From Torpedo marmorata (lineage: Eukaryota): a stretch of 64,000 nucleotides of DNA. Below are positions 21,231 to 34,702 of the stretch, in pieces. Where the stretch lies: positions 18,104,001 through 18,168,000 of the forward strand of contig OZ360233.1 in assembly GCA_977017645.1 (NCBI GenBank), read 5' to 3'. The position numbers were made by a program, and so were the translations under genes. The notes below the pieces were generated by a model. That model was not told where the DNA came from, did no database searches, and was given only the letters and a program-made list of their open reading frames with translations. Within the stretch, counting starts at the first letter, position 1; every line of letters begins with the position of its first letter.

Positions 21231-23051
21231 AGATGCAGGATCAATTTAAATGTTTAAGGAAAATTTGGATAGGTATATGGACGAGAGAGGTGTGGAAGGT
21301 TATGGGCCGGGTGCGGGTCAGTGGGACGAGGTGGGAGAATGTGTTCGGCATGGACTAGAGGGGCCGAACTGGCCTGTGACTGTGCTGTAAATGTTATATG
21401 GTTATATATGGTGTGGGTAGGACAGGAGCGTGGCCCCTCGGCCTGTCCTTTCTAAAATCAACAAGCTCCTTGGTCTTGGTGTCATTAAGAAAAATGTTGT
21501 TAATTCTCCAGGTGGAGCTACAACCCAATCCAATAACTGCTCTTTTCGGGGTTATTGACCCAGACATAGGGAGTTTTTCTGTACCTGTTCAACGGGTTGT
21601 GGCCTTCTCTACATTGTTGGCTAGAAGAGCCATCCTATTGAAAGGGAAAGACTCTAGACCTCCAACAGTGTATCAATGGTTTTCTCATATTATGTCTTGT
21701 TTAAGCTTAGAAAAAATTAGATATCATGTATTTGATTTATCGGTGAAATTTGAAGATACATGGCGACCTTTTATGTCTTATTCTCATATGATGTAAGTGT
21801 TTCTAATGTGATTAGATGTATTTGCTCTTCCTTTGTTTTTTAATTTACGGTAGGAACCAAAAATTACAAAATATATATAACCTTCAGGATAAGCTGCTCA
21901 GCTGTTTGTTGTTAGTTTTTTTTTATTAGAGTAGGTTAGGTGGTTTTCTAAAAATATATATACATATAATACGTTTGATTTTTTTCATTGTCACCTATTG
22001 CAGTGGAGGGCGGATCGAATTTATATTGTTTGAAGTTTTATTTTAATATATATACACATGTGATGTTGTATTTTCAATTTGTTTCCTTTCCTTCATTGTA
22101 TTGTATTTCTTATTAAAATCAATAAAAAATATTGAAAAAGAAAGATTGTTGATCTGGAACCACCCAACCAGGTTCGTGATTTCCATCCTGCATTCTGGCT
22201 CATCTTTTCCAGTTATTCACCCAACACTGGTGGTGTCGCCATCTCATTTGTAGATTGAGTTGGAGCTGAACTTGGCTGCACAGTCATGGATGCCCATGGC
22301 ATGGAGTGGGGGACAAAGCAGGCAGCCTTGGAGCGCTCTTGTGTTGATGGTCAGCGAGGAGGAGGTGATGTGGTTGATTAGCACTGTTTGGGTCTGACAA
22401 AGAGGAATTCAAAGATCCAGTCGCAGTGGGATGGACAGAGTTCTAGATCCTTCAACTTGGTCATAGGCTTTGCAGGTATGAGGGTGTTGAACGCCGAGCT
22501 GTAGTCAATGAACAACAGCCCCACGAAGGTGTTTCGGTGGTCCAGGTGATTTAATGCAGAGTGGAGAGTCAGCGATATTGCGCCGTCAGTTGACCCTTTG
22601 TGCCGATAGGTGAACTGAAGTGGGACAAGCTCCTTCCAGAGATAGGAGTAAATTCGCTCCATAACCAACCTCTGAAAACACTTCATCACAGTCGGTCAAC
22701 TTGCTCTTCTTGGGCACGTCGGGAAGGGAGGAGATTGGAAGCAAACACACCGAAATGCTGGAGGAACACAGCCGGTCTCGCAGAGTCCATAGAAGGGACA
22801 GATATCTAACCAACGTTTCGGCCTAAGCCCTTTATCAAGGAATAAGCAAAGCGCAGGAAGGCGTCAGAATAAAAACTGAAAACTGGCAGGTGGAGGAGTC
22901 CAGAATAACAGGTGTTAATTGGATATTGATGGAGGAGAAGTGAGAATTGATTTTGGCTCTGTGAAGGGAGACACAAGGAGAAGCGAAGAGACATAGACAG
23001 AGGCAGAGAGCGAGAGAGAGAGAAAGGGAGAGAGAGAGAGAGAGAGAGCGG

Positions 23052-23093
<42 letters not shown>

Positions 23094-23424
23094 TTGAGAT
23101 AAAGAGATCTGGGGTAAAAGCGACAGGAGGAAGAACAACGGGGGATGTTTAACGAAACATTGAGAAGTCGATGTTCATGCGATATGGTTGGAGGTAGCCC
23201 AGACGGAAGATGAGGTGTTGTTCCTCCAATTTCCGCGTGGTCACTGTCTGGCAGTGCATGAGACCACGGACAGACATGTCAGAAAGTGAGTGGATCGGGG
23301 AATTCAAATGGGTGGCCACTGGGAGATCCACGCTTTTGCGGCGGAGAGAGCCGAGGTGTTCAACAAAGCGATCTCAGAGACTGCGCCCAGTGTCTGCGAT
23401 GTAGAGGAGACAAGAGCAGACTGG
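21231..23424. mobile_element. Unit 3 retroelement stack (CR1 tail, Rex1, nested L1 3' end, Penelope fragment)
   Basis: ORFs at 21398-21796 (+, L1 end), 22378-22689 (-, RT) and 23149-23331 (-, GIY-YIG end). Confidence 0.8.
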
Positions 23425-23648
23425 AAACGAAGCAGGAGCGGGAAGGGCAGAGAAATACAACCAGAGAGACTGCATTTAGACCTGCTCGTTTATATTGGTT
23501 CAGCGCAGCGTCATCCAGAGGGAATGACCAATCCTGTGCGAGGGAAAGCCACCAATCTCGGAGCGGCGGCTGCTGCTGACGTGAAGTTGTAAATATAGCA
23601 GGACATCATGTGAGAAAATATTGTTCTTTTGACCTTCATTCGGACTCC

Positions 23649-24117
23649 ATGTCCCTCAAGAGGTACCTGCTGATTGTATGGACCATTCTGGCAGGTGAGT
23701 CTCTGTCTGATCAGTCAGTGCCTCCCACGGATTCAGTGCAATCCCGTGCCGCTCACACACTCCGTGTTTCATTCCAGACACGAGTGGGGATGAATCCGTG
23801 ACCCAAAGACCTCCGGAAATAACGGCCGAGGAAAGACAGACCGTGCCACTGAGCTGTAGTTACTCGACGAGTCACGCCGGATATTTTTGGTACCTTCCAC
23901 ATCTTGGAGAACCTCCCAAATATTTGGTGAAAATGTACAGCTCGGGAGAAGTGGTTCCGTCTCACGATTATCCGGATCGGATGTCGGGTTCTTTGGAGAA
24001 AAAGAGCCAGCGCTTTCACTTGACTATCTCTGGGGCTCTTGTGGAGGACTCCGCCACGTATTTCTGCGCCGTGCGGCCCACATTGTTCCTGGGCGATGAC
24101 GGCTCCGCACAAAAACT
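23649..24117 (+). CDS. TRAV: TCR V segment B3 (leader 23649-23694, V exon 23778-24078, 23-RSS)
   Basis: Open frame. RSS is CACATTG (24079), 23 nt, ACAAAAACT. Confidence 0.87.
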
Positions 24118-24794
24118 CGTTTTGAGAATGAGGAAGTTGCCGTGCAAGCGCCGCGATTTACCCTTGCGTGCGCAAAGGCGATTATTTTCCTCCCCGTTCC
24201 GAGAAAAACGGGGATCAATGTGAACAGCGTTTTACCAGAGAGGAACGGAGACAGGAAATAAAGGGAAAGAGAGATGGCGAGAGATTGATAGAAATTGTGA
24301 GAGAGAGAGGAAGAGAGAGATTAATTTGAGCAGTGAGAGAGAGAGGGAGTGAATGGAAGAGTGAGGGATGTGATGGGCGAAGAGAGACGAAAACGCAAGG
24401 GTTGGCGACCGAGAGCGGTACTGAGAGAGAGTATGATAGTGAGTGAATGAGGGATACATTGAGCGAGGAGGATGGGGAGTGAGCGGGAGTGGGTTCAGAA
24501 AGAGAGTGAGAGAGGGAGAGAGACAGAGAGAGAGTGAGAGCGAGAGAGAGAGAGAGAAAGAGAGAGAGTGAGAGATGTGGAGTATACAGAGAGGCGGAGA
24601 AACGCGAGAAGGACGGAGAATGGGAGACGGTCGGCATTAACAACCTGCTCAATGGCAGCGTCAACCTGACCCAACAAGAAATGCTGTGCGACGAAAACGA
24701 CCGGTGCGTCCCACGGGGTTGGATGCTCCTGACTTCACCCTATCTCGTATATCGATGTAACCTGAGGAAATGTTCTTCTTTTGACCTACATTCT

Positions 24795-25060
24795 TGTCAC
24801 TGAGCTGCAGTTACTTGATGAGTACCTGCGCACAGTTTTGGTACATTCAATATCCTGGATTACCTCCCAGGTTTTGATGAAAATGTACAGCTGCGGCGAT
24901 GTGGTTACGTCTCAGATTGCGGAAGAAGATGTCGGGTTTCTTTGAGACAAAGAGCCAGAGGGTCCACTTGACTGTCTACGGGAAGCTTGAGTCGGAATCC
25001 GCCGTGTATATCTGCGTCGTGAAGCCCACTATTCCAGAGCGATGGCGGGTCCGTATAAAA
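24795..25060 (+). pseudogene. TCR V pseudogene C3 (leader, intron and FR1 deleted)
   Basis: The promoter joins directly to GTCACTGAGCTGC. The SAVYICVV remnant survives. Confidence 0.82.
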
Positions 25061-25943
25061 CGAAATCAAAATGGGCAGTGCCACCAGGGGGCGTGCTCTT
25101 CCCCCAACACAGTGAGGACCAGTGCACAGGACGGAGTCGGCAACTGTGCCTCCGGGCGAGAGTCGTCCCTTAAATGCAGCGCCGAGGTTGAGCCTCGCGT
25201 GAGCAAGGACGTTTGTCTCACTCTCTGTTCCGAGGCGGAGGGGAGGAATTGAGAGAAAAGCGCGGAATCTGGTGGTCCGCCTTTTGAGAGAGAGGGGGAG
25301 AGACAGGATCTGCTGAGATAGGGAGTGAGCGAAAGGGTGAAAGAAATTCAGTAGAAAGAAGGTGAGGAGTGAGAGAGAGTGAATGATAGAGAGAGATCGT
25401 GATTGAAGAAGAGAGATATCACAGGAGGGAGGCAGTGGGGAGGGAATGGTAAGTAAGGAAGAGTGTGAAAATTATGTAATGAAGGAGACATTGAGAGTGC
25501 AAGAGCGGGAGAGGAACAGAGGGAATGTGTGACAGTGGGAGAAAGAGATTGAAGGGAGGGGAGCGATAGGTACTGCTCTCGAAAGATTAAATAAGTGTAA
25601 GACCGAGTCGCGTAGAGGTAGGGAACTTAACAGAACGCGAGAAGGGGCGTGAAGGTGCAGGAAAGCGAGTGAAGGTGCTGGAAAGAGCGGAACGAGAGAA
25701 AAGAAGAGAGAGACGTGGGGAGTGTAAATATAGGTGGCGAAACACGTCCGAAAAAGACGGAGAATGAGAAACGGCCAACATTAACAACCAGTTTTCATTG
25801 GTTCTGCAACGGCGCTCTCCTGAGCCCATGTGCGAAGAGGGCGCCCTCCTGTGTGTCCTAGAGGATGGGCCGCTGCTAACGAGACCCCACTGTCTTATAT
25901 CGGGACAGAATATGGAAATATTCGGCTGCTCACCTTCATTCTG

Positions 25944-26402
25944 GCTTCCTCACCATCCAGTAGTTTGCTGATTCTAAGGGCCGTTCTGCTTGGCGAGTCT
26001 CTGTCTGATTGGTCAGCGCGTGTCCCTTCCGGCTCAGCGCAATTCCTCGCATATCACACACTGCGTGTTTCATTCCAGGCACAAATGTGGAAAACTAGTG
26101 ACCCACCGATCGATGGAACGGATGGCCGCGGGAAGTGTCGCTGAGCTCCAGTTACCCGAAACAGGCGACCGTATGATTTTGGTACATTCAAATTCCCGTG
26201 GAATCTTGGATATATTTGGTGAAAATCTACAGCGCAGTAGATGAGGTTCCGTCTCACCATTGACCGGACAGGATGACGGGTTCCTTGGAGAAAATGGGCG
26301 GGTAACCTCAATATCTCCAAAGCTCTTGAAGCAGACTTGGCCGTTTATGTGCGCGGTGCGGCTCACACTGTTCCTGGGATATTGCGGAGACGCACAAAAT
26401 CT
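25944..26402 (+). pseudogene. TCR V pseudogene D3
   Basis: No ATG, frameshifts. RSS is CACACTG (26364), 23 nt, ACAAAATCT. Confidence 0.85.
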
Positions 26403-26822
26403 CATTTTGAGATGGGAAGTGGTTTGAGAGAAAATGGCAGAAAGAAGACGGGAGAGCGTGTTAAGGATTGCGAAAAGTTAAGCAGGTGAAAACGTGAGAC
26501 AGAGTGAGGTAGAGCAATAGAACGAAAGAAGGGGAAAGAGGGTGGACTGATCGAAAGCGAGGGAGGAGATACACAGATGGAAGGAGAAAGATGCGGCGAG
26601 TGTACAGATAGAGGGTGAAATTTGCGTGAAGGACGGGGAATGAGATGCAGACTGTCTTATCAACTAGGTCTGATTGGTTCAATAATGGCTACTCGAACTA
26701 ATCCTGTGTGAGGGAAACACTCACATATCTGTCCTTGGCGTTGGTTCGCTCATAACATCGCCCCGCCCCTTGTTTGGCGGTAACACAAAGAAATATTCGA
26801 TTTTGTCCTTAATCCGCGTACC

Positions 26823-26868
26823 ATGTCCTACCTGAGTTGTTTGCTGATTCTGTGGGCCGTTCTGACTG
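26823..26868 (+). other. Orphan leader exon E4 (MSYLSCLLILWAVLT/G)
   Basis: 46-nt open exon, GTGAGT donor. Confidence 0.8.
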
Positions 26869-27194
26869 GTGAGTCTGTCTGATTGGTCAGCGACCTCTGT
26901 CCATCGTCCTTGCTCTACGAGTCTCACTCTTTAACTTAATTAAAGGTGGACAATTCCCCCAAGTCATACCCTCTCCGTCGCACGTTCTCCCACCGTTTAC
27001 TTATTTACACACTCTCTGTTTACTGAACTTACTCACGGTCGCTCTGTCGCTCTATCTCTCTCTCCTTCTGTTCTCGTGAGAGGGAAACGGCCCGTGTCTC
27101 CAACAGAGTTTCTGCTGCTTCCGACGTGAGTTTGCGCTCTTCTATCGGGAGAGCATTTGTAAAATATCCTTCCTTCGAATTTAATCCGGGCATA

Positions 27195-27659
27195 ATGTTC
27201 CTCCTTAGTTGTTCGCTGATTCTATGGGCCGTTCTGCCTGGTGAGATTGATTGATCAACACGTGTCTCGCGGGGTCAGCGGCGTTTCGCGCAGTTCACAC
27301 ATTCTGTCTTTTGTTACAGGGGCCAGTGGGAACGATTCAGTGACCCAAGAACCACCGGAATTGATTGTCAACGAAGGGCACATCGTATCACTGAGCTGCA
27401 GTTACTCGATTAATCCTGCTGCATTTTTTTGGTACATTCAACGTCCTGGAGAATCTCCCAAATATTTGCTGAAAATCTACACGTCAGGAGATGTGGTTCC
27501 GTCTCCCGATTGTCCGGAGCGGATATCGGGTTCATTGGAGAAAAAGAGCCAGAGATCCCACCTCAATAACTCGAAAACCCTTGTGGAGGATTCTGCCGTG
27601 TATCTCTGCGCCGTGGAGCTCACACTGTTCCAGGGCGGTGGCAGATACGCACAAAAACT
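27195..27659 (+). CDS. TRAV: TCR V segment A4 (leader 27195-27240, V exon 27320-27620, 23-RSS)
   Basis: Open frame ending YLCAVE. RSS is CACACTG (27621), 23 nt, ACAAAAACT. Confidence 0.87.
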
Positions 27660-27949
27660 CACCTCGAGACATTGAATCGGACCCTATGGCTAGGGGGCGC
27701 TCTCGGCCACTCAATGGAAGCGAATACACGACCTTCCTGGAGAGACTGCTGCAACGCCGAGATGCAGGAGATTTCCCCTCCTCTGAGCGTTTCTCTTTCT
27801 CGGCCTCCTCTGTGTCTGATTCCGTAATTTGAGGTGGAAGGTAGGAAGTCAGGGAGAGAAAAGGAAATGGATAGCTGTTTCCAAGAATATTGTAGGAAAA
27901 GGGAAGGAGTGTTCTTGTGATGGAATTTGAGAGATTAAAAAAAGTGGTG

Positions 27950-29977
27950 TTGGTAGGACAGGAGCGTGGCCCCTCGGCCTGTCCTTCCTAAAATCAACAA
28001 GCTCCTTGGTCTTGGTGTCATTAAGAAAAAGATTGTTTATACTCCAGGTGGAGCTACGACCCAATCCAATAACTGCGCTTTTCGGGGTTATTGACCCAGA
28101 CATAGGGAGTTTTTCTGTACCTGTTCAACGGGTTGTGGCCTTCTCTACATTGTTGGCTAGGTGAGACATCCCATTCAAATGGAAAGACTCTGGATCTCCA
28201 ACAGTGTTTCAATATTTTCCTCTTAATTATGTCTTGTTTAAGCTTAGAAAAAAATTAGAAATTATTTATTTGATTCATCGGTGAAATTTTAAGATACATG
28301 GCGACCTTTTATGTCTTATTTTCATATGATGTAAGTGTTTCTAATGTAATTAGATGTATTTACTCTTCATTTGTTTTTTGATTTACGGTAGGAACCAAAA
28401 ATTACAAAATATATATAACCTTCAGGATAAGCTGCTCAGCTGTTCTTTGTTAGTTGTTTTTTTTTAAAATTAATGTAGGTTCGGTGGGTTTTTTTAATAT
28501 ATAATACTTATGATTTTTTTAAAAAAGTGTCACCTATTGCAGTGGAGTTGGGATCGAATTTATACTTTTTGAAGTTTTATTTTAATATTTATAAATGTGT
28601 GATATTGTATTTTCAATTTCGTTCACTTTTCTTGATCGTATTGTATTTCTTATAAAAATAAAAATAAAATGATTGAAAAAGAAAGATTGTTGTTCTGGAA
28701 CCACCCAACCAGGTTCGTGATTTCCATCCTGCATTCTGGCTCATCTTTTCCAGTTATTCACCCAACACTGGTGGTGTCGCCATCTAATTTGTAGATTGAG
28801 TTGGAGCTGAACTTAGCTGCAGAGTCATGGATGCCCATGGCATGGAGTGGGGGACAAAGCAGGCAGCCTTGGAGTGCTCCTGAGTTGATGGTCAGCGAGG
28901 AGGTGGTTGATTAGCACTGTTTGGGACTGCCAAAGAGGAATTCAAAGATCCAGTCGCAGTGGGATGGACAGAGTTCTAGATCCTTCAGCTTGGTCATAGG
29001 CTTTGCAGGTATGAGGGTGTTGAACGCCGAGCTGTAGTCAATGAACAACAGCCCCACGAAGGTGTTTCGGTGGTCCAGGTGATTTAATGCAGAGTGGAGA
29101 GTCAGCGATATAGCGCCGTCAGTTGACCTTTTGTGGCGATAGGTGAACTGAAGTGGGACCAGGTCCTTCGAGAGATAGGAGTAAATTCGCTCCATAACCA
29201 AATTCTGAAAACACTTCATCACAGTCGGTCAACTTGCTCTTCTTGGGCAAGTCGGGGAGGGAGGAGATTGGAAGCAAATACACCGAAATGCTGGAGGAAC
29301 ACAGCCGGTCTCGCAGCGTCCATAGGAGGGACAGATATCTAACCAACGTTTCGGCCTAAGCCTTTTTTCAAGAAATAAGCAAAGCTCAGGAAGGCGTCAG
29401 AATTAAAACTGACGACTGGCAGGGGCAGGAGTCCAGAATAACAGGTGTTAATTGGATATGGATGGAGGAGAAGTGAGAATAGATTTTGGCTCTGTGAAGG
29501 GAGACAGAGGGAAAAGCGAAGANNNNNNNNNNNNNNNNNNNNNNNNNNNNNNNNNNNNNNNNNNNNNNNNNNNNNNNNNNNNNNNNNNNNNNNNNNNNNN
29601 NNNNNNNNNNNNNNNNNNNNNNNNNNNNNNNNNNNNNNNNNNNNNNNNNNNNNNNNNNGATCTGGGGGAAAAGCGACAGGAGGAAGTAGAACGGGGGATG
29701 TTTAACGAAAAATTGAGAAGTCGATGTTAATGCCATCCGGTTGGAAGGTGCCCAGACGGAAGATGAGGTGTTGTTCCTCCAATTTTCACGTGGTCACTGT
29801 CTAGCAGTGCATGAGACCATGGACAGACATGTTAGAAAATGAGTGGATTGGGGAATTGAAATGGGTGGCCACTGGGAGATCCACGCGTTTACGCTGGAGA
29901 GAGCCGAGGTGCTCAACAAAGCGATCTCAGAGTCTGCGCCTTGTATCTGCGATGTAGAGGAGACAAGAGCAGACTGA
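27950..29977. mobile_element. Unit 4 retroelement stack (Rex1, nested L1 3' end, Penelope fragment)
   Basis: RT ORF at 28911-29222 (-). No CR1 tail. Confidence 0.8.
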
Positions 29978-30202
29978 AAACGAAGCATGTACGGGAAGGG
30001 CAGAGAAAGACAACCAGAGAGACTGCATTTAGACCTGCTCGTTTATATTGGTTCCAGCGCAGCGTCATCCAGAGGGAATGTCCAATCCTGTGCGAGGAAA
30101 AGCCACCAATCTCGGAGCGGCAGCTGCTGCTGACGTGAAGTTGTAAATATAGCAGGACATCATGTGAGAAAATATTGTTATTTTGACCTTCATTCGGGCA
30201 TC

Positions 30203-30671
30203 ATGTCCCTCAAGAGGTACCTGCTGATTGTATGGGCCATTCTGGCAGGTGAGTCTCTGTCTGATCAGTCAGTGCGTCCCGCGGATTCAGCGCAATCACG
30301 TGCCGCTCACACACTCCGTGTTTCATTCCAGGCACGAGTGGGGATGAATCCGTGACCCAAGGACCGCCGGAAATGATGGCGGAGGAAAGACAGACCGTGC
30401 CACGGAGCTGTAGTTATTCGACGAGTCAATCCGCATATTTTTGGTACCTTCAACATCTTGGAGAACCTCCCAAATATTTGGTGAAAATGTACAGCTCGGG
30501 AGAAGTGGTTCCGTCTCACGATTGTCCGGATCGGATGTCGGGTTCTTTGGAGAAAAAGAGCCAGCGCTTTCACTTGACTATCTCTGGGGCTCTTGTGGAG
30601 GACTCCGCCACGTATTTCTGCGCCGTGCGGCCCACACTGTTCCTGGGCGATGACGGATCCGCACAAAAACT
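30203..30671 (+). CDS. TRAV: TCR V segment B4 (leader 30203-30248, V exon 30332-30632, 23-RSS)
   Basis: Open frame, with an L to R change two residues before the first Cys. RSS is CACACTG (30633), 23 nt, ACAAAAACT. Confidence 0.85.
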
Positions 30672-31347
30672 CGTTTTGAGAATGAGGAAGGTGCCGTGCA
30701 GCGCCGCGATTTACCCTTGCGTGCGCAAAGGCGATTATCTTCCTCCCCGTTCCGAGAAAAACGGGGATCAATGTGAACAGCGTTTTACCAGAGAGGAACG
30801 GAGACAGGAAATAAAGGGAAAGAGAGTTAGCGAGAGATTGATAGAAATTGAGAGAGAGAGAGGAAGAGAGAGATTAATTTGAGCAGTGAGAGAGAGAGGG
30901 AGTGAATGGAAGAGTGAGGGATGTGATGGGCGAAGAGAGACGAAAACGCAAGGGTTGGCGACCGAGAGCGGTACTGAGAGAGAGTACGATAGTGAGTGAA
31001 TGAGGGATACATTGAGCGAAGAGGATGGGGAGTGAGCGGGAGTGGGTTCAGAAAGAGAGAGAGAGAGGGAGAGAGACAGAGAGAGAGTGAGAGCCAGAGA
31101 GAGAGAGAGAGAGAGAGTGAGAGATGTGGAGTATACAGAGAGGTGGTGAAACGCGAGAAGGACGGAGAATGGGAGACGGTCGGCATTAGCAACCTGCTCA
31201 ATGGTAGCGTCAACCTGACCCAACATGAAATGCTGTGCGACGAAAACGACCGGTGCGTCCCACGGGGTTGGATGCTCCTGACCACCCCATCTCGTATATC
31301 GGAGTAACATGAGGAAATGTTCTTCTTTTGACTTACATTCGGGCACC

Positions 31348-31790
31348 ATGTACCCCCTGATTTGTTTGCTGACTCTATCGGCCGTTCTGCCTGGTGAGTG
31401 TCTCTCTGGTTTATCAGCACGTGTCCGCCGGGTTCAGCGATTCGTGTTTCGTTCTCGAAATGATTGGGGAAGTTTATGTAACCTTTGCACCGCCGGAACG
31501 CATGACAGAGGAATTACAGACCGTGTCACTGAGCTGCAGTTATTTGATGAGTACCTCCGCACAGTTTTGGTACATTCAATATCCTGGAGAACCTCCCAGA
31601 TTTTGATGAAAATGTACAACTGCGGCGATGTGGTTACGCCTCAAGATTGCGGAAGAAGATGTCAGGTTTCTTTGAGACAAAGAGCCAGAGAGTACATCTG
31701 ATTGTCTACGGGACGCTTGAGTCGGACTCCGCCGTGTATATCTGCGTCGTGAAGCCCACTATTCCAGAGCGATGGCGGGTCCGTATAAAA
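31348..31790 (+). pseudogene. TCR V pseudogene C4
   Basis: Same lesions as C1. Confidence 0.85.
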
Positions 31791-32672
31791 CGAAATTGAA
31801 ATGGGCAGTGCCACCAGGGGGCGTGCTCCTCCCACAACACATTGCGGACCAGTGCACAGGACGGAGTCGGCAACTGTGCCTCCGGGCGAGAGTCGTCTCT
31901 AAAATGCAGCGCAGAGGTTGACCCTTGCGTGATCAAGGACGTTTGTCTCACTCTCTGTTCCGAGGCGGAGGGGAGGAATTGAGAGAAAAGCGCGGAATCT
32001 GGTGCTCCCCCTTTTGCGAGAGAGGGGGAGAGACAGGGTCTGCTGAGAAACGGAGTGAGCGAAAGTGTGAAAGAAATTCAGTAGAAAGAAGGTTAGGAGT
32101 GAGCGAGAGTGAATGATAGAGAGAGATCGTGATTGACGAAGAGAGATATCACAGGAGGGAGGCAGTGGGGAGGGAGTGGTAAGTAAGGAAGAGTGTGAAA
32201 ATTATTTAATGAAGGAGACATTGAGAGTGCAAAAGCGGGAGAGGGACGGAGGGAATGTGTGACAGTGGGAGAAAGAGATTGAAGGGAGGGGAGCGATAGG
32301 CACTGCTCTCGAAAGATTAAATAAGTGTAAGACGGAGTCGCGTAGAGGTAGGAAGCGTAACAGAACGCGAGAAGGGGCGTGAAGGTGCAGGAAAACGAGT
32401 GAAGGTGCTGGAAAGGGCGGAACGAGAGAAAAGAAGAGAGAGACGTGGGGAGTGTAAATATAGGTGGAGAAACACGTCCGAAAAAGACGGAGAATGAGAA
32501 ACGGCCAACATTAACAACCAGTTTTCATTGGTTCAAAAATGGCGCTCTCTTGATCCCATGTACGAGGAGGGCGCCTTCCTGTGTGTCCTAGAGGATGGGC
32601 TGCTACTAACGAGATCCCACTGTCTTATATCGGGGCAGTATATAGAAATATTCGGCTGTTCACCTTCATTCT

Positions 32673-33134
32673 GGCTTCCTCACCATCCAGTAGTTTGCTG
32701 ATTCTATGGGCCGTTCTGCTTGGCGAGTCTCTGTCTGATTGGTCAGCGCGTGTCCCTCCCGGCTCAGCGCAATTCCTCGCATATCACACACTGTGTGTTT
32801 CATTCCAGGCACAAATGTGGAAATCTAGTGACCCACGGACCGACGGAACGGATGGCCGCGGGAAGTGTCGCTGACATCTAGTTACCCGAAAAAGGCTGCC
32901 GTTTGTTTTTGGTACATTCAAATTCCCGTGGGGACTTGTATATATTTGCTGAAAATCTACAGCGCAGGAGATGAGGTTCCGTGTCACGATTGTCCGGACA
33001 GGATGACGGGTTCCTTGGAGAAAAGGGGCCGGATACCTTAATATCTCCGAAGCTCTTGAAGCGGAGTTGGCCGTTTATGTCTGCGCGGTGCGGCTCACAC
33101 TGTTCCTGGGATATTGCGGAGAGGCAAAAAAGCT
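32673..33134 (+). pseudogene. TCR V pseudogene D4
   Basis: Same pattern as D2. RSS is CACACTG (33096), 23 nt, AAAAAAGCT. Confidence 0.85.
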
Positions 33135-33554
33135 CATTCTGAGATGGGAAGTGTTTTGAGAGAAAATGGCAGAAAGAAGACGGGAGAGCGTGTTAAGGTT
33201 TGCGAAAAGTTAAGCAGGTGAAAACGTGAGACAGAGTGAGGTAGAGCAATAGAACGAAAGAAGGGGAGTGAGAGTGGAGTGAGTGAAAGGGAGGGAGGAG
33301 ATACACAGATGGAAGGAGAAAGATGCGGCGAGTGTACAGATAGACGGTGAAATTTGCGTGAAGGACCGGGAACGAGATACAGACTGTCTTATCAACTCGG
33401 TCTGATTGGTTCAATAATGACCACTCGAACCAATCCTGTGTGAGGGAAACAGTCACATATCTGTCCAAGGCGTTGATTCGCTCTTAACATCGCCCCACCC
33501 CTTGTATAGCGGTAACACAAAGAACTATTCGATTTTGACCTTAATCCGCGTACC

Positions 33555-33600
33555 ATGTCCTCCCTGAGTTGTTTGCTGATTCTGTGGGCCGTTCTGACTG
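33555..33600 (+). other. Orphan leader exon E5
   Basis: 46-nt open exon, GTGAGT donor. Confidence 0.8.
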
Positions 33601-33959
33601 GTGAGTCTGTCTGATTGGTCAGCGACGTCTGTCCATCGTCCTTGCTGTACGAGTCTCACTCTTTAACTTAATTAATGGTGCACAATTCCCCCAAGTCAAA
33701 CCTTCTCCGTCGCACGTTCTCCCACCGTTTACTCATTTACACACTCTCTGTTTACTGGACTTCCTCACGGTCGCTCTGTCGCTCTATCTCTGTCGTTCTG
33801 TCTCTCTCTCTCTCTCTCTCTCTCGCTCCTCGCCGTTCTCGTGAGAGGGAAACGGCCCGTGTCTCCAAAAGAGTTTCTGCTGCTTCCGACGTGAATTTGC
33901 GCTCTTCCATCGGGCGAGGATTTGTTAAATATCCTTCCTTCGAATTTAATCCGGGCATC

Positions 33960-34424
33960 ATGTTCCTCCTTTGTCCATCGCTGATTCTATGGGCCGTTCT
34001 GCCTGGTGAGACTGATTGATCAACACGTGTCCCGCGGGGTCAGTGCCGTTTCGCGCCGTTCACACATTCTGTCTTTTGTTCCAGGGGCCAGTGGGAACGA
34101 TTCAGTGACCCAAGAACCCCCGGAATTGATTGTCAATGAAGGGCAGATCGTATCACTGAGCTGCAGTTACTCGAAAAATCCCGATGCATATTTTTGGTAC
34201 ATTCAACGTCCTGGAGAATCTCCCAAATATTTGCTGAAAATCTACGCGTCAGGAGATGTGGCTCCGTCTCCCGATTGTCCGGAGAGGATATCGGGTTCAT
34301 TGGAGAAAAAGAGCCAGAGATCCCACCTCAATAACTCGAAAACCCTTGTGGAGGATTCTGCCGTGTATCTCTGCGCCGTGGAGCTCACACTGTTCCAGGT
34401 CGGTGGCAGATCCGCACAAAAACT
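33960..34424 (+). CDS. TRAV: TCR V segment A5 (leader 33960-34005, V exon 34085-34385, 23-RSS)
   Basis: Open frame. RSS is CACACTG (34386), 23 nt, ACAAAAACT. Confidence 0.87.
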
Positions 34425-34702
34425 CACCTCGTGACATTGAATCGGACCCTATCGCTAGGGGGCGCTCTCGGCCACGCAATGGAAGCGACTACACGACGTT
34501 TCTGGAAAGTCTTCTTAAAACTGCAACGCCGAGTTGCAGGAGATTTGTCCTCCTATGAGCGTTTCTCTTTCTCGGCCTCCTCTGTGTCCGATTCCTTAGT
34601 TTGAGGTGGAAGGTGGGAAGTCAGGGAAAGAGAAAGAAATGGATAGCTGGAAAAGGGAAGTAGTGTTCTTTTGATGGAAATTGAGAGATTAAAAAAAGTG
34701 GT